Position numbers and translations under genes: made by a program. This document shows, in pieces, positions 11,538 to 25,257 of a stretch of 64,000 bases of DNA. Positions within the stretch are counted from its first letter, which is position 1. The number at the start of each line of letters is the position of its first letter. The DNA comes from Anthoceros angustus (taxonomy: Eukaryota; Plantae; Anthocerotophyta), in assembly GCA_010909165.1 (NCBI GenBank), contig VJWM01000011.1, forward strand, positions 1,551,456-1,615,455. Direction: 5' to 3'. The notes below the pieces were generated by a model. The model was not told the origin of the DNA, did not search any database, and saw nothing but the letters and a program-made list of their open reading frames with translations.

Positions 11538-11760
11538 GCCGAGAGCTTGGGAGCCGAGAGCGTGGGAAGCTTAGGAGCCGAGAGCATGGGAAGCTTGGGA
11601 GCCGAGAGCGTGGGAAGCTTGGAAGCCTGAAGGTCGCGAGTGTGGGAAGCTTGGGAGTCGAGAGCGTGGGAAGCTTCAAGGGAGCTTGGGAGCTCAAGTA
11701 GAGCGTGGGAGGCTTCAAGGGAGCTTGGGAGTGGCCGAGAGCGTGGGAAACTTGGGAGCT
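11538..11760. repeat. Minisatellite, about 24-bp unit gggaagcttgggagccgagagcgt
   Basis: Directly visible tandem copies, followed by degenerate ggtgct..ctagtg repeats to about 11990. Confidence 0.85.
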
Positions 11761-14207
11761 GTGGTGCTGGTGCTCCTACCCTTGCTTGTCTTCTTGCTCC
11801 CGCCCGCTGTGCCGCCGCCTCAGGCCGGCTGCTCCCGCCCTCTGCTAGTGTTGGTGCTCTGCTAGTGCCACGCTCCCGCCAGGCCGGTGCTCGCTAGTGC
11901 CGGTCTGCCGCCCCGCCTCTGCAAGTTTTGGTGCTCCCCGCACTGCTAGTGTTGGTGCTGGTGCCGCTACTCCCGCCTTTGCTGTCGCTCCTCAACGATC
12001 GCTGCTGTTTTGCCCTCGCTGGTTTGTGCTTTTATTAACATGTTGCTAAAGCTTTTCGTTGTAGATGTGCTAGCTTGAATCGCCAGCAGTCATCTACCAC
12101 GCTATCGTCAACAAGGGCCATTTGGGTCAACATTGAGGACAAGGTGCTAGGATGCTGCATCTATTTATAGTGACATGGTGGCGCCGATGAGGAGATTGTA
12201 GGAATGACACGGAATCGAAGCGTGCTCTAAAGAATGCCGTGGACTCGACAAGCCCGTGGTGTGACGAAGCCTTGAGGACGCACCCAAGTGGAAGCGCCCA
12301 CTTGGTGTTGGCACACTGGAGACTTTGTCCCGCGAGAGGAAGGGGTGAACGTCAGATGATGCTTCAACTAAGGAGGCGGTGGGAGGCGACGTGTTTGACC
12401 TCGTTTGGTGTAACAGAACGGCCTGAGGCTTACGGTGGAAAGGATCCAAAAGTTTTCGATAAGGAGGGCGGAACATTGATGACCGATCTTCCATATTTAT
12501 GGTAGCGAGCTAGTAGTGGTGGCCAAAAATCCCGAGGTTGATGGCCTTGGGCATCCTAGTGGAGAAAAATGCACAAGGTCAGAACTGTTAGCCTTCAAAC
12601 AAGAAACAGATGGGAGGAAAGCCTTGAAGGAGGAGAAGAAGAAGGGTCAGGGGAGAAGGAGAAGAAAGTGGATGTCCGGTGAAGAGACCTCGATTCACAA
12701 GGTCCCGTAACAAGGTCACAGAGGTGGGGAAAGGTAAGGCTGGATTGAGCATGTGTCTTGATTCGAGGACCATGAGGAGGTGAGACAGTGACGGTGAGGG
12801 GAGCAAGAGCAGGAGGACATGCCGCCAAGGAGCGTGAGGAAGAACTTATTCGATAAGGAGGCGTAAGTCATAGGCTTGGTAGAGGAGGACAAAATCATCG
12901 TGTTCTTTCAGCAGAGGATGGAGAAGAGGAGGCACAATCGTGTGGGTCATTTTCGCTCCAAATAGTTGATTGTCCAAGTTTTTTTGGTGATATGCTTGAG
13001 CTTGATCCTGTGAGCGCAGTGATTGCGGATCGGTCCGGATATGCCGTCACAGTGCTCAATGTTTTGTGTTGGAGCTTGATCCAGCAGATTGTTTTGTGTT
13101 TGAAGTGTGCTTTCAACCTTGACAGATGCATCTAATGACATCCGCATGCCTTGAGCGCCTTAGCAGTGAGTGGTGGGTGTGATGCGTGATGATGCGTCTC
13201 TTTGTCCAGATGTCACAGGCTCAAAATCATGCGCTTCATTAGCTTATGGTTGTAGTGCGCCATGAGCTTATGGTTGCCGGGTCACAGGTGATCAGTGCAA
13301 AGCTGTGAATGGGTAGGTGGTTTAGGTTAGATGGTTGGCCCGATAGGTCATGTGCTCGAATATTTTTATGTGTGTGTTGGAGCTTGATCCGAGCTGATTG
13401 TTTTGTGTGTGTGGTGTGCTTTGAACCTTGACAGATACCGCTTCTACTCACGCTTGAACACGTGAATACCGCCTTCAGCAATCCTGCCGCAGCCTGCCTT
13501 CAGCAGCCCCCTGCCTTCCACAGCCCCGCCTTCAGCAGCCCCGCCTTCCAGCCCCGGCCTTCAGCCCTTCAAAGACACCGCCTTCAGATCCTTGACATGA
13601 TTAGCCTTGTGTGTCGGATCCTTGACACCCACATCCTTCCGTGTTAGACAATATGAATGCACAGCCTTGAGCCCTAGCGTAGGTGGTGGGTGATGCGGCC
13701 GTGTTAGATGCTTTGTCTACATGTCATCTACATGCTCGGTTTGCGTGCCCCGCCTTGAGCCCTACCACACATTTCAAAGGGTTTCCATGGTTTCGCATCC
13801 ATCGCGATTAATGTGTTTGCCCTTGCACAATTGTGTACACGATGGGATCCGTGTTTTTATTTGCGACCTTATGTTGACTGACACCGATTGTACAAAAGTA
13901 TCGCCTTGGCAAGCTCGTTTTGTAAGTTCATCACCGCATGGTGTGGGTGTTTCCAAGTTGGTAGCATGCTAATTCTTTGCTCGCATTTGTTTTCCCAACT
14001 CGCTGATTGTTCAAACCGCTTTAGGCTCTGTTGGGAGGGATACTTCATGGGGCACTTGGGCATTCCGACATCCGGTGCACATTGGCAAGGGTGCAATCGG
14101 GCATATTGACATCCGGTGTTGTTTGGTCATTCGGTCAGACCGCTCGCAGTCGCCGCGGCTTCCGCTGTGTGGGCATCTTGGCATGGGGTGCGGCTTCATC
14201 ACCACGG

Positions 14208-14745
14208 CAATTGGGCATTTTGTCATTCCCTCGCGCTGCGCGCATTTCATTCCCTAATGTCCGCAGATGGGCATTTCGTCATTCCCTAATATGTACATTT
14301 CATTCCATCATGTCGCGCTAAGGCATTTCGTCATTCGATCATGTTGGCTTGGGCATTTCGTCATTCCATCATGTCGGGATGGGCATTTCGTCATTCGATC
14401 ATGTCGGCTTGGGCATTTCGTCATTCCATCATGTCGGCATTTGGGCATTTCGTCATTCGATCATGTTGGCGATTGGGCATTTCGTCATTCCATCATGTCG
14501 GGCAGTTGGGCATTTTGTCATTCCATCATGTCGGGCAGTTGGGCATTTCGTCATTCCATCATGTCGGGCAGTTGGGCATTTCGTCATTCCATCATGTCGG
14601 GCAGTTGGGCATTTCGTCATTCCATCATGTCGAGGCAGTTGGGCATTTCTTCATTCCCTAATGCGAGTGATTGGGCATTAGTCATTCCCTCACGTCGGGC
14701 AGTTGGGCATTCCGTCATTCCCTCACGTCGGGCAGTTGGCCATTT
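14208..14745. repeat. Minisatellite, 30-33-bp unit ttgggcatttcgtcattccatcatgtcgggcag
   Basis: Many contiguous near-identical units with no unique spacers. Confidence 0.92.
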
Positions 14746-15349
14746 TTGGAAGTTCATCTCTCTTGTTTTACAATGTGCATCCCACCCTCTTGTGCACACC
14801 GATACTCGAGCGCACAAGCACATAAAGCATAAATTCTGGTTGAGGAGCTTATCTCCTTGTCAAGGAAGAGAACCGCTTGTCATGATTGCAAGCGAGGAGA
14901 CAAGCAATCTAGTGGCAGCAAAATTGCTCTTGGTGAGCTCACCAGCACGCGCCTTGCAATAATCTATGACAAGAAGGTATGGATCTTTCCAGACTTCAAC
15001 TTTATATTCTTTTCAACGAACAAATGCCGGAGTATTCTCTGTAGAAGAGGATGCACATGTTGCCCATGTTCGAGGCAACATCGTATTGCATGTGAGGCGC
15101 AGACAATCTCACCCAACAACAAGGAGCGTGACACCTTCAACGAACGGTTAATTTGGCGGAGGACTTACATGATGCCTTCGGCCGTATACATAGTTTGACG
15201 CTGAAGGGAAAAAGGACTCCTCAGTGGATTCCAGCTCCTTGTTACACCAGCCAAAATGTGCCCCTTCATATCACAAAGTGCTGCGTGTGCACCAGGTTGT
15301 CCTCCTGTTGTTTGCATCCCTTGGCTCTTGTTTCAATTTGCTGTCCATG

Positions 15350-15500
15350 TCTCTAACGACTATTGGTTCCATGGTGATTTGCAGGGGGTTCGGATGCTAT
15401 GAGTTCGTTTTCCTCCCCTGTGGGCACTGTTTTCATGATGCATGCCTCTACCAACACATGTTGGTCACGTGACTGCCCCAATCCCGCTTGTTGTCTTCCG
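15350..15500 (+). pseudogene. Degenerate RING-finger coding fragment, probably part of a decayed spliced gene at about 14.9-17.3 kb
   Basis: VICRGFGCYEFVFLPCGHCFHDACL...CPNPAC resembles a RING-H2 pattern with frameshifts. GT-AG intron-like tracts follow downstream. Confidence 0.5.
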
Positions 15501-17589
15501 CCTCGCAAAGTGGCTCAAGGCTAAGGGTTGGCTATTCATTGGCACCGCCCCGCACTGCCGATGATTGATTTGTAGCTCCCACTATAAATAGTGTTCGATG
15601 GCTTTTTGAATCAGGATGGAATCTGAAAACGGAAGCAATAACGATTTTCAAATCCAAGAAGGTACTTGTTTTCGTCTTATACGTTTTTTTACTTTGCTTT
15701 TTCTTTTACTAACTTTTAGTGTGTCAACCCCCTGCAGACAGCAACTACAGGACGCCACCCTGTGAGCGCCCCACTGACAAATTGCTTCCCACCCATGGGG
15801 ATCCAGGATATGACGCTAACGCAGAGTTTCAACCACCACTGCTGGAGATAAGAAAGATCGAAAAATGATTGCTGTTAGTCCTGTATGTTCTCGTTGATCA
15901 GAGTCTAACAAAACCCGTGGGTTGCAGTCCTCTGCGAGCACACAATGTTCTCTGTGATGGACAAACAAGACCTTAAGCATCTTTGCGAGATGCACCTTGA
16001 TTGAATAAGATAAAGAAGGTAAGCACTTTTCTTTAATTCATAAACTTGATCTAATTATGCTCAAATCCAAAATCTTAACCCTAAATTTATCTCTCAGGAT
16101 ATCAAAAGAACCTTGAACAACTCAATTGGGAACGTACACTTGTGGAAAGGTTTAATGGACACGATTTCAATGCAAACAATGTTGGAGGGATATCAAAGTT
16201 CAATCCAGCAATCGAGGTAATCAAAATTACATTCATACCTTCTTTGCTTCTTCACATTTACCTTCTTATAACTTAACACATTCGAATCTTTGGAAAACAA
16301 GTCTGCAAAAACATAAAGGACAAAGTCGATAAGATTGACAACAACATTGACAACGCAGCCATCTCCAATCGTATACAAAATGTATTAGGTATATAATTTG
16401 CATTAATATGATTTTGGTTTAAGAAAGTAATGATTTTGGTTTTGATCGTGCAAAAAGAGAAAAATTGATGACTTCAGGAGGATGGACCAACTTACGGGCC
16501 GTCACTTGAGTTCACCGAGTTTGGAAAGTGGATGAGCAATTTTCAATATCCACCACTTTTCAAGACTTTAAAGATAAGTATTCGCAATTTGGGAGCATAG
16601 TCTAAAAGAGCACAAACCCATCTTGAATGAAGATGGGTCCAACCCAACATTCGAAAGCAAAGACAAATCCAAGCAAGTAAGCGATAACTTCTCTTTTCAC
16701 TATTATTTTCATTACATATAATTCTATGTAATGTAATGTATGCATTGAATGCGAGATAGGGCAGCAATTGAAAATAAGGAGTTGAAAACGATGACTTGTT
16801 GTCTCTCATGGAAGAACCAGAGACAACTAAAACATTCAAAAGGTACATCGTTTGAAAGGTAATATCCGCTTGCATTCCAAAAAATTCTAATGTTTATGTT
16901 TCTTCGTAACATACGATCACATTTCCGCAGCAGGGGAATCTTCACAAAGACGTGTTTAACGCTTGTCGAAAAGGTATATGCAAAGAAAGATCTTCTCCGA
17001 ATTGAAATGGAGGTAAATGACTAATTACTTTTACTTTTTGTTTGTAGTTATCGGAGAATCAAAACGAGTTGTTTTCACTCTTTGAGGTGAGTACTAAAGT
17101 TAAAAATAGATAAGTTTTATATATGAATTCGACAATGGTTTAAATTGCGTAAATATTCTCGCTTGATGAAATATTCAAATGATAATACATTTATCCGGAC
17201 CATACAATCAGCAGCTCAAAAGTACTATTCAAGAGACGGACACGAACCATATTACACTCCATCTACTCCAATAGAATATGTGTGATTTAACCAAAACTAT
17301 TTTGATTAGAGCCTAATTACGATGGATGATGATAATCCTTTTATTGTGTAAAAGGATTGAAAACGAAATGATACGAGTGAAGTTACCGTAAGAGAGAGAG
17401 AAATGACATATAAGCCGGGTGGTATAGGCACCCGCCTAAACAAGATCATGCACTCCCGCCTCCGCCTCTGCAGAGTTGCGCGCGCCTCGGCCCGCCGCCT
17501 TACGCTGTGGAAAGCCGGGCGACGGTTTAGAACGGTCTCGGCCTCACGGCCTCGACTGCTCGGCCGTGACGCCCGCGTCTGCCCCTAAT

Positions 17590-17725
17590 ACATGGGCACT
17601 TGTATATTGGTGTACTTGTCTTGCCATGTGGTTACGGTCCCGTGGTTACATGGGCACTTGTATATTGGTGTACTTGTCTTGCCATGTGGCTACATGGCTA
17701 CATGGCACGGTTACATGGCTACTTC
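17590..17725. repeat. Short tandem array (about 58-bp unit), the inverted counterpart of the 32.3-32.9 kb array
   Basis: catgggcacttgtatattggtgtacttgtcttgccatgtggttacggtcccgtggtta is repeated, and its reverse complement occurs at about 32306-32450. Confidence 0.85.
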
Positions 17726-18912
17726 AACACTTGTTCGCATCATGTGTTTTGTGCCGGTTGGGCACTTCACCACTGCAGGTGTGTGGTAGCTTTCGTGTTT
17801 AGGGCTTTGCTTAAAGTCCATGCTTTGGCGTCCGATAACTATACCTTTGTTTTGTAGGGCGGTCACGGCGCGCGACAGGCAGCTCATCCCGGTCACGGTG
17901 CGCGACAGGCAGCTCATCCCCGTCACGGCGCGACAGAAGTTACATTGGGCGCCCACATGGCTTCGACAGCGGCTCTGCTTTCGCCCGGAACCCATCCTCC
18001 GCGTCGACGGTCCCGCTGGTTCTTCGTGGTTTGGGAGTGCTTCACCTCCACCGGGTTAACTCTACAGAGACCACTTCTCTCACACAATCCTTCATCGTCA
18101 AGGGATTGAGACTGAGCATGATGCTTTCCGCTTTTCACTATCTTTGTTTGAATTGGAAGGGATATGGGTGGATCTGGGTTTCGCGAGGGTCAGAGGGTGT
18201 GGTGATTCCACCGCTGGGATGTCTCGAGTATATCCTTTGACCGACACACCCCGCCCTATTGGGAGTTGGGCTTTCTTGTTGATCGGAATTGTAATGAAGA
18301 AGCGTTATCCTTTGCCGCGGAACTGGTCGGCGGTTATGCAGGATCCGGTTGGGAAGGATGCCGGTGGAAGTGGGTGCCTCAGTCTCCATCTTGCAATGAG
18401 GAAATTTCAGTTCGAGCACGAGATCCAATGCATCGAGGTCGGACGAGTTCAAGGGATGTATGAGTTTGAGGCAAGAATTCGCCATTGGTGCAATTTTTTG
18501 CATTTACCCGAGCATCGACATTGTTGTCGGCGACCCGGAGGCCCGGGTGACATGGTCCGAGTCCTCACGAGTAAGAGATTGGTTGTCCACATGCTAAGGG
18601 CATTGTAATGTGACTAATCGCTTGAGAAATTGAAGCAGGAGGCCCAGGCTGGTGGCAAAGTTTACCACAAGATGTGGTTCCAGGTGCAAGTGATTTCGTT
18701 GAAGACAGCAACTTCTTTGCTGGCTGGGAAGTTGGATTGAGAGGTGGCCAAGCTGTAGGCTTAATGTCTAGATGTGAGCATCAGGCAGCACCACGCTGCC
18801 TGATGGTTGGCATGTGAAGCAATTCTAGGTAGGCGGCTAGAATGCTGTTTCTAGGCTTCCGACATTTTCATACATAACGCTCTTGTGTACCAGGTTTCGT
18901 GTACAGACAACA

Positions 18913-18968
18913 AGGTTGTAGGTTGAAGTCTGGTTGTAGGTTGTAGGTTGTAGGTTGTAGGTTGAAGT
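18913..18968. repeat. (AGGTTGT)n heptamer microsatellite
   Basis: Directly visible tandem aggttgt units. Confidence 0.75.
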
Positions 18969-20822
18969 CTGAAAAAACTTTCAGGCTTCCAAACAAATAG
19001 GAGCTTGTTTACTGCTGAAAGCTCCATACGCTGAAGTCTGTTTCTAGGTTTTGCATATGTGAATGTGCTCAGAGGTGAAGGCATGTGTGTGTGAAAGCTT
19101 CCCAGAGTAGTGGATGTGAAGCCGCTTGAGGGTTCGCTGGTTCTAGCCTCACGACAAACCGACGGGCATCACGACACATCAAACACTCATACAAAGCAGA
19201 CTTCGAGCATCACAATCAAAGCAGACTTCGGGCAATAGAAATCTTATTAGATACATGTCCAGAGTTTTTCTCACCTTTCTGACATCATGCCCATTCAGAG
19301 GCAAACTTTACAATGCCCAAGGCCTCACTCACAAATTCAAAATCCATCCCACTGATTGGCCATCTAGGCTTGCTTTCCACAGACCCGGGCATGATTCAAT
19401 GAGAAGTAATCATCTCACCCCTTTCAATGGTGGCCTTATGCACACGCGTGGCCTTCTACCCGGGCAACTTAAAGCCCGCGGTCTACCCCTAGTTCCACTT
19501 TATGAGCACGAGCACCCTCGCTGCACTACGGGGTCCCGCCTTTGCACTCAATGGAAGCTATGGCGCCCTTGACAGGAATGGATGATATTGTTGTGATGGA
19601 GGGGACATGGAATCTCCAAGCCGAGCAACGGCCAAGGGCGCCTCTTTGCCGGAGGTGAGTATCACCATCTAGCTATGATGATTCACGCTTTTCAACTTGG
19701 CTAAAGATTGCATCGAATGGAACGGGCCAAGGCACGGCAGCGCTATCGGAAGAAGGTGCGAGCTCTGGTTGGCCCCTATGCCAGCCTTCACGCACTGCAG
19801 GCCGATGGACGGAGGACAAGGTGCTCTCCACGGATGACTCAGCGAGCACGACACCGCGTTGTGGTAGATCGAGGCGCCTCGAGCGGGTGGTTTCCTTGTC
19901 ATCGTGCTTGCATATAGCATGTATGGTCGAGGCATGTCCGCAAGAGGGATGTGTGGCACACCGCCCGCTCATGGGTGTGCTATGCTTGGCGAGGCGATGT
20001 ATTCGTACGCCGGGTCAAGGCTGCCTGAATCTTTGCTTGTTGCTTCCTCGCTCAATTGTGGAATGATTTGTACATTATACTTTCTAGCAGAGAGGCATGA
20101 GTGTCGTGCATTGTGAAATCGATGCTATGGCACTATACCACAATTCAATAATAAAATGATGTCTTCATTCTCTCGGCTAAAACGAGGCTTGCCATTTCCA
20201 AAACTCTTCACAAATGGCCTTGATGCTTTTCATTTTGACACACTGCCTTAGGAGACAGTGCTTTTTAGGCTGCGTAGCCTTGTGTAGCTAGCCATTCTTT
20301 TGAGGCAATGTAGCTCGTGTAGCTATGCGAAGTGCACACTGATTAACACCCGTGTAGGGTGTTAATCAGACAAATCCAAATGCACATCTAGACAAGCAAG
20401 GCAAGTGTGAAGGCTCACAACTGCACAACATTCCAATTGCCAATCTGAACACACTGAACTCACACACACAACATAGTTTGAATCCATGTCACAACATCCG
20501 CTGAGCCGAGCCTGGCATGTTTAACATGGTTCACCACCAAACTAAAACCATATCTCGCAGAAAATCAGAGGCATCCACAGCTAAATTGCCCAGACACTTC
20601 CACACCAGTTGGGACTCCACACTCTCTGACAAGTCGTGGATAGCTTTGCTGCAGTCCCTCTCCTAGTTCGCCACAGCTTGATCCAGCCATGCTCTATATC
20701 CAGCAGAAAGCCAGTACAGCTGTGGAGTCTTCTTGTTCTTCTCGTTGGCCTTCGGAATAGCTACCATTGGAAACTTTGTGGTCACATGTTGCCTTCAAGC
20801 ATTATTGGGTCACCACGTGGCC

Positions 20823-22633
20823 TCAATCTAGCAGCTCAAAGGCACTTTTGTCAGACGGCACTTGCTCATAGTAATAACCTTTCACCACTTTTTCACCCGC
20901 CGTAAAAATCTCACCACCCCAAGCGGGGTCTTCCGTCTGCTCAGCTAATGTCGTGAGTGCCTCTGTGCATTTCAGTGCATACCACTTGACCTTCTCCTTA
21001 TTATCCTTCATTGCACGCACCATGAAATTGTCTCCTGGATGCAGTGACGCTGCACCAAATTCCAGACCTGGTGGTGCTTCCACCAAGGCACCTTGTGCTG
21101 CTTTCTTGGGACGCCCTGGTCTCCCGGTCTTGGAGGCACTCTTTCGTTTCAATGTGCCTGGAGTCTGATCCGGCTTGCCTCTTGGTTTGCGGAGAGACTG
21201 ACGTCCCACCGAAGCTTCACCACATCGGAGTGTATGTCAAGTTGTGGTGCTTTCCGTCTACCAGGAATAGCTTTCGGTGAATTCAATTCCTTAACCTGCT
21301 CTGTGGGCACTTCCTTACCCAAAGGCAAGAGCTAGCTTGGGCCTCGCTCATAGTGGTCGGCAAAGTGGGCACTGCCACCAACAAGTTGCCACGTCAGCGG
21401 TGGCGACCCATAGTGGCCACTACACCACCACTGCAAGTGGCCACTACATCACCAACACAAGTGGCCACTGCATCACTTGCACAAGTGGTCACTTCCTTAC
21501 CACTCGGTGGGGCCACTTCCTCATCGTCCTTGGTGGTGGCCACCTCCTTCTCTGCTACCAATCCCCTCTCTAAGAGCATTTCCACATCTTTGGGCAATTC
21601 ATCCTCAGCTGGCACTTCAGCTTCATCTTTGGGCACTTCATCCTCGTTTCATCTTCATCCATCGCAGCTTCCACATTCTTCCCTTCTGTGTCTCCATTGA
21701 GGTGGACAAAGACGGGCAAAAAATCTACGGCCTGAGTATCTGCCTGCACAATCTGGGTTTCAGTATCGACAGCCAAAGTTTCATCCTCTTGCACAACCTG
21801 AGTCTCCGTAAAAAGAATTTGGGTATCCTCCTCCACTGCCTGATTGTCCACTCCCTGAGATGCATCTTTGCCAGGCTGGACATCAACAGCCACACATGTG
21901 TGCCCACCATGTCTTGCCTGGTGAGGCATTATTGGCACACAAGCGCATGACCTGCCTCACTCACGGAACACTGGGGCCAACAACAAAGAGGTTGCCACGC
22001 TCGAGGCACCCCATTCATCGGAGGCCAACCCCAAACATGACACTGCTGGGCTGCCCGGAGAGTGGGAAAAATATCGCATCACACTACACCCTGTGGTGCG
22101 TGCCTCACTCGGACTCAAACCCCGGGTTTGAGTCCGAGGCACCACCACCTCCGGCCAGATCTCGGATATAGTTGTGCATCGCCAACAAGGACGACTGGAT
22201 TAGCCTCAGACCGTATGGGTGGCTGCTGCCCACGAGGTGGTGTGATGAACGCCTGAGCACCTCCAAGCGGGACAAGGGCAGCCATCAGTATGTGCCTATG
22301 ACCAAATGAATCCAAGTTAGCACAAATGTCTTGTGAAAGTTGTCCCAAATCATGAAGCCAACTTACACAATTACTAACTGTGAGACTCCCAAATGCCTTC
22401 TTCCGAGGCAACAGGGCACTATCTTGTGGCAAAGACACCGAATTCTTCCAAACGGTGCTCCATAATGTGGAAGTCTCGCAGGCAACCATGGTAATGCTCT
22501 GTCCACTCTCTCTCCTGATCACGTTCCCATGCGTGAAGCACCCGGAACGACGTATCGTGGACGTAAGTAATTTGCCCTTGCTCAACTTGTTGATCTCTGG
22601 CGCACGATTCCAATTGTCCGGACTACCCTGCAT
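20823..22633 (-). pseudogene. Frameshifted transposon-associated gene: acidic repeats, AT-hook-like motif, and a domain homologous to the C-terminus of the Sola2-like transposase
   Basis: GDNFMVRA..WYALKCTE..AGEKVVKGYYY (20823-21209) aligns by eye with GDNFMVFA..FYLLQCTE..AGEAVVVGQYY (33439-33801). It also has GRPGRPKK and upstream E/D/V-rich repeats (21394-21938). The 5' boundary is uncertain. Confidence 0.55.
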
Positions 22634-23029
22634 CAGAATAATGTCAGAAAATGTTTGTCAGCATCAATCCAGTGAACTTGCCGGCAGCAGTAGGTGCGAA
22701 CATGTTTCAAACTGTGCACACAAAAATGCATGTTTTCACAAGATGGCAAAGATCTGGCTAAAGACTCAAAGAACGAGAGTCTTCTACCAGACGAACCCCT
22801 TACCTTTGCTTTCGTCAACCCAACTATGCAATAGTTTCCCCAGCCGGCAGCCCAACCCTCCAGACACGTTGTTCGAAATGACAGCCATGAATTATTGGAA
22901 CGGGACGTACTTACCAGGTGTCGCCTTCTTGCGTGACCTTTGGCTGCAGCTCGAAATCCTGGAGGGGAAGGAGCGAAGGTTAGAAAGTGCATGACAAATT
23001 TTACATCCGCATTTACATGCATCCGCGTG

Positions 23030-23278
23030 GTTCGGAATGCCGCGACTTAAAGGCGCGTGTTGCGGCTTGCCGCCACTCAACGTTGCGCGTTGCGGCATGC
23101 GGCCACTCAACGCCACGTGTCGCGGCATGCCGCGACTTGACGCCGCGTGTTGCGGCATGCCGCTTATCAACGCCACGTGTTGCGGCAAGCTGCGACTCAA
23201 CGCCGCGACTTGCGGCATGCCACCACTAGACGCCGTATGTGCGGCATGCCGCTTATCAACGCCACCACTCGACTAGAC
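23030..23278. repeat. Minisatellite, 30-bp unit tgcggcatgccgcgactcaacgccgcgtgt
   Basis: About 8 degenerate tandem copies. Confidence 0.85.
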
Positions 23279-23446
23279 GCTGACTCGACATATGGTTAAC
23301 TCAAACTGCGTACAACAAAAAGCTTTCAGTCTTATCATACCTTGACGACAGCCGCTTGGTGGCGCTCAAACACTCTGCACAGCTCGGGGCATCAGCGGAG
23401 ATGGATCAAAACAGCGACATCTTGGCGGATATGGAAATGAGTTCAA

Positions 23447-25142
23447 CATGTAGGCGCAGCGACGTTTGCTCCTAGAGTTTCCCCAAGAAAAGAACATGTG
23501 CAGCGTGAGAACCGCGAACCAAGGTGATGTTGCGAAACTATCACAGGAAGCGTCTTTGAAGGCGATGGAGACCTGCAGTGATGATCAGAAACAAAAGACG
23601 AGTGAGAAACGAGACAGAACCTGTTCAACTTGGTCGCCTTCACCCAATCTTCTCAAAACAAGGTTTCGAAGCCTTCTCACCTGTCGCGGCTAGGACTCTC
23701 CCGCTAAAGGACCTTCAGCTAGACTTGGGCAGTGAAGGCGTGGTGCGGAGGAGGATCTCTGATGGTGAAGACAGCGCCACTCTGAAGAGAACCCTCCTAG
23801 AGACGCCAAGAAGACGACTTAAGCTGCTGGCGGCGTAGCGCTGAACGTTGTTGAGCGGACCCTACAGCCAGACTCCAGAGCCGATCGCAATCGACGCCAA
23901 GAAGGCGGCAAGGCTGGCGGCGGCGGCGGCGAACGTTGTTGGCGGACCCTACGAGACTCGAGCCGATCGCAATCGCGATCAGCGACGAAACTGCCGGAAT
24001 GGTGGCGATAGCGGCTTCTAGGGTGCAGCTGTTTATGTACTGAGGTGTTAGGGTTCTAGATGGTTCGCGGCTGGTGTGTACGTGGCAGGCTGTGATTCGG
24101 TGGCAGGTTTGGGTTACGCTCCGCCGCTTTGGGGTTTGGAGATTAGGTTTGGTCGAGGCAGTCTAGGTATGGTGAAGGTCGGCTAGGTTTGGAACAAGAA
24201 ACCTAGGTTTGGGTGAGGGGGCGGCGGCGGCTAACCAATCGCGAACCTAGATATGTTCGGACCACGGCTCGGGATTTTAGGTTCGGAATTTTCAAATGTG
24301 GTTCGGTAGAGAGAGAATGTAGGCGCAATGCAGCCGCTTGCTCCTAGAGTTTCCCCAAGAAAAGAACATGTGCAGCGTGAGAACCGCGAACCAAGGTGAT
24401 GTTCTGCCGAAACTATCCCGGAAGCGTGCTGAAGACGATGGAGACCTGCAGTGATGATCAGAAACAAAAGACGAGTGAGAAACGAGACAGAACCTGTTCA
24501 ACTTGGTCGCCTTCACCCAATCTTCTCAAAACAAGGTTTCGAAGCCTTCTCACCTGTCGCGGCTAGGACTCTCCCGCTAAAGGACCTTCAGCTAGACTTG
24601 GGCAGTGAAGGCGTGGAGGAGGATCTCTGATGGTGAAGACAGCGCCACTCTGAAGAGAACCCTCCTAGAGACGCCAAGAAGACGATAAGCGGGCGGCGAA
24701 GCAACGCTGTTGAGCGGACCCTACGACGAGCCGATCGCAATCGCCAAGAAGACGACGAAGCCGGGCGGCATCAACGTTGTTGAGCGGACCCTAGACCAGA
24801 GCCGATCGCAATCGCGATCGAAAACGGACTGAGCCTGCCGGAATGGTGGGCGGTAACGCGCGGCTCCTAGGGTGCAGCTGTTTATGTACTCAGGTGTTAG
24901 GGTTCTAGATGGTTCGCGGCCGGTGTACGTGGTGCGTGATTCGCGGGGTTTACGCTCGCCGCTTTGGGGTTTGTAGATTAGGTTTGGATGGTGAAGGTTG
25001 GCTAGGTTTGGGACCAGAAACCTAGGTTTGGGTGAGGCGGCGGCGGCGGCTAATCAATCGCGAACCTAGATATGTTCGGACTACGGCTCGGGATTTTAGG
25101 TTCGGAAAATTCAAATGTGGTTCGGTAGAGAGAGAATGTAGG
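23447..25142. repeat. Tandem duplication of about 820-870 bp (units start at atgtaggcg near 23447 and 24317)
   Basis: Long identical stretches, e.g. gctcctagagtttccccaagaaaagaacatgtgcagcg, in both units. The copies differ mainly by dropped bases. Confidence 0.9.
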
Positions 25143-25163
25143 CGCCGACAGAGCGAGAACGGC

Positions 25164-25186
25164 TAGGGTTTGCGGGCCTATATAAG
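25164..25186 (+). promoter_or_regulatory. Candidate promoter: telo-box-like tagggttt followed by TATA (cctatataag), upstream of an intron-rich leader of the recombinase gene
   Basis: Motifs are seen directly and are followed by about 3 kb of T-rich sequence with many GT/AG splice-like signals. Function is inferred. Confidence 0.35.
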
Positions 25187-25257
25187 CAGCTTGTTTTGAA
25201 GTTAGTCATTCTTGCTGCTGTGTTTCGTAGGCTGTAGTTGCGCTCCTCTTCCGGATG

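Noticed and set aside
14208-14745. CRISPR-like array of about 33-bp periodicity
   Set aside because: The units are contiguous with no unique spacers, there are no cas genes and the context is eukaryotic. It is a minisatellite, and its ORFs are repeat translations.
18913-18968. Interstitial telomere repeat
   Set aside because: The unit is AGGTTGT, not TTTAGGG, and the run is short.
18144-20116. 154-aa ORF and neighbouring short ORFs
   Set aside because: No recognisable motif or reliable exon structure, so a product cannot be supported.
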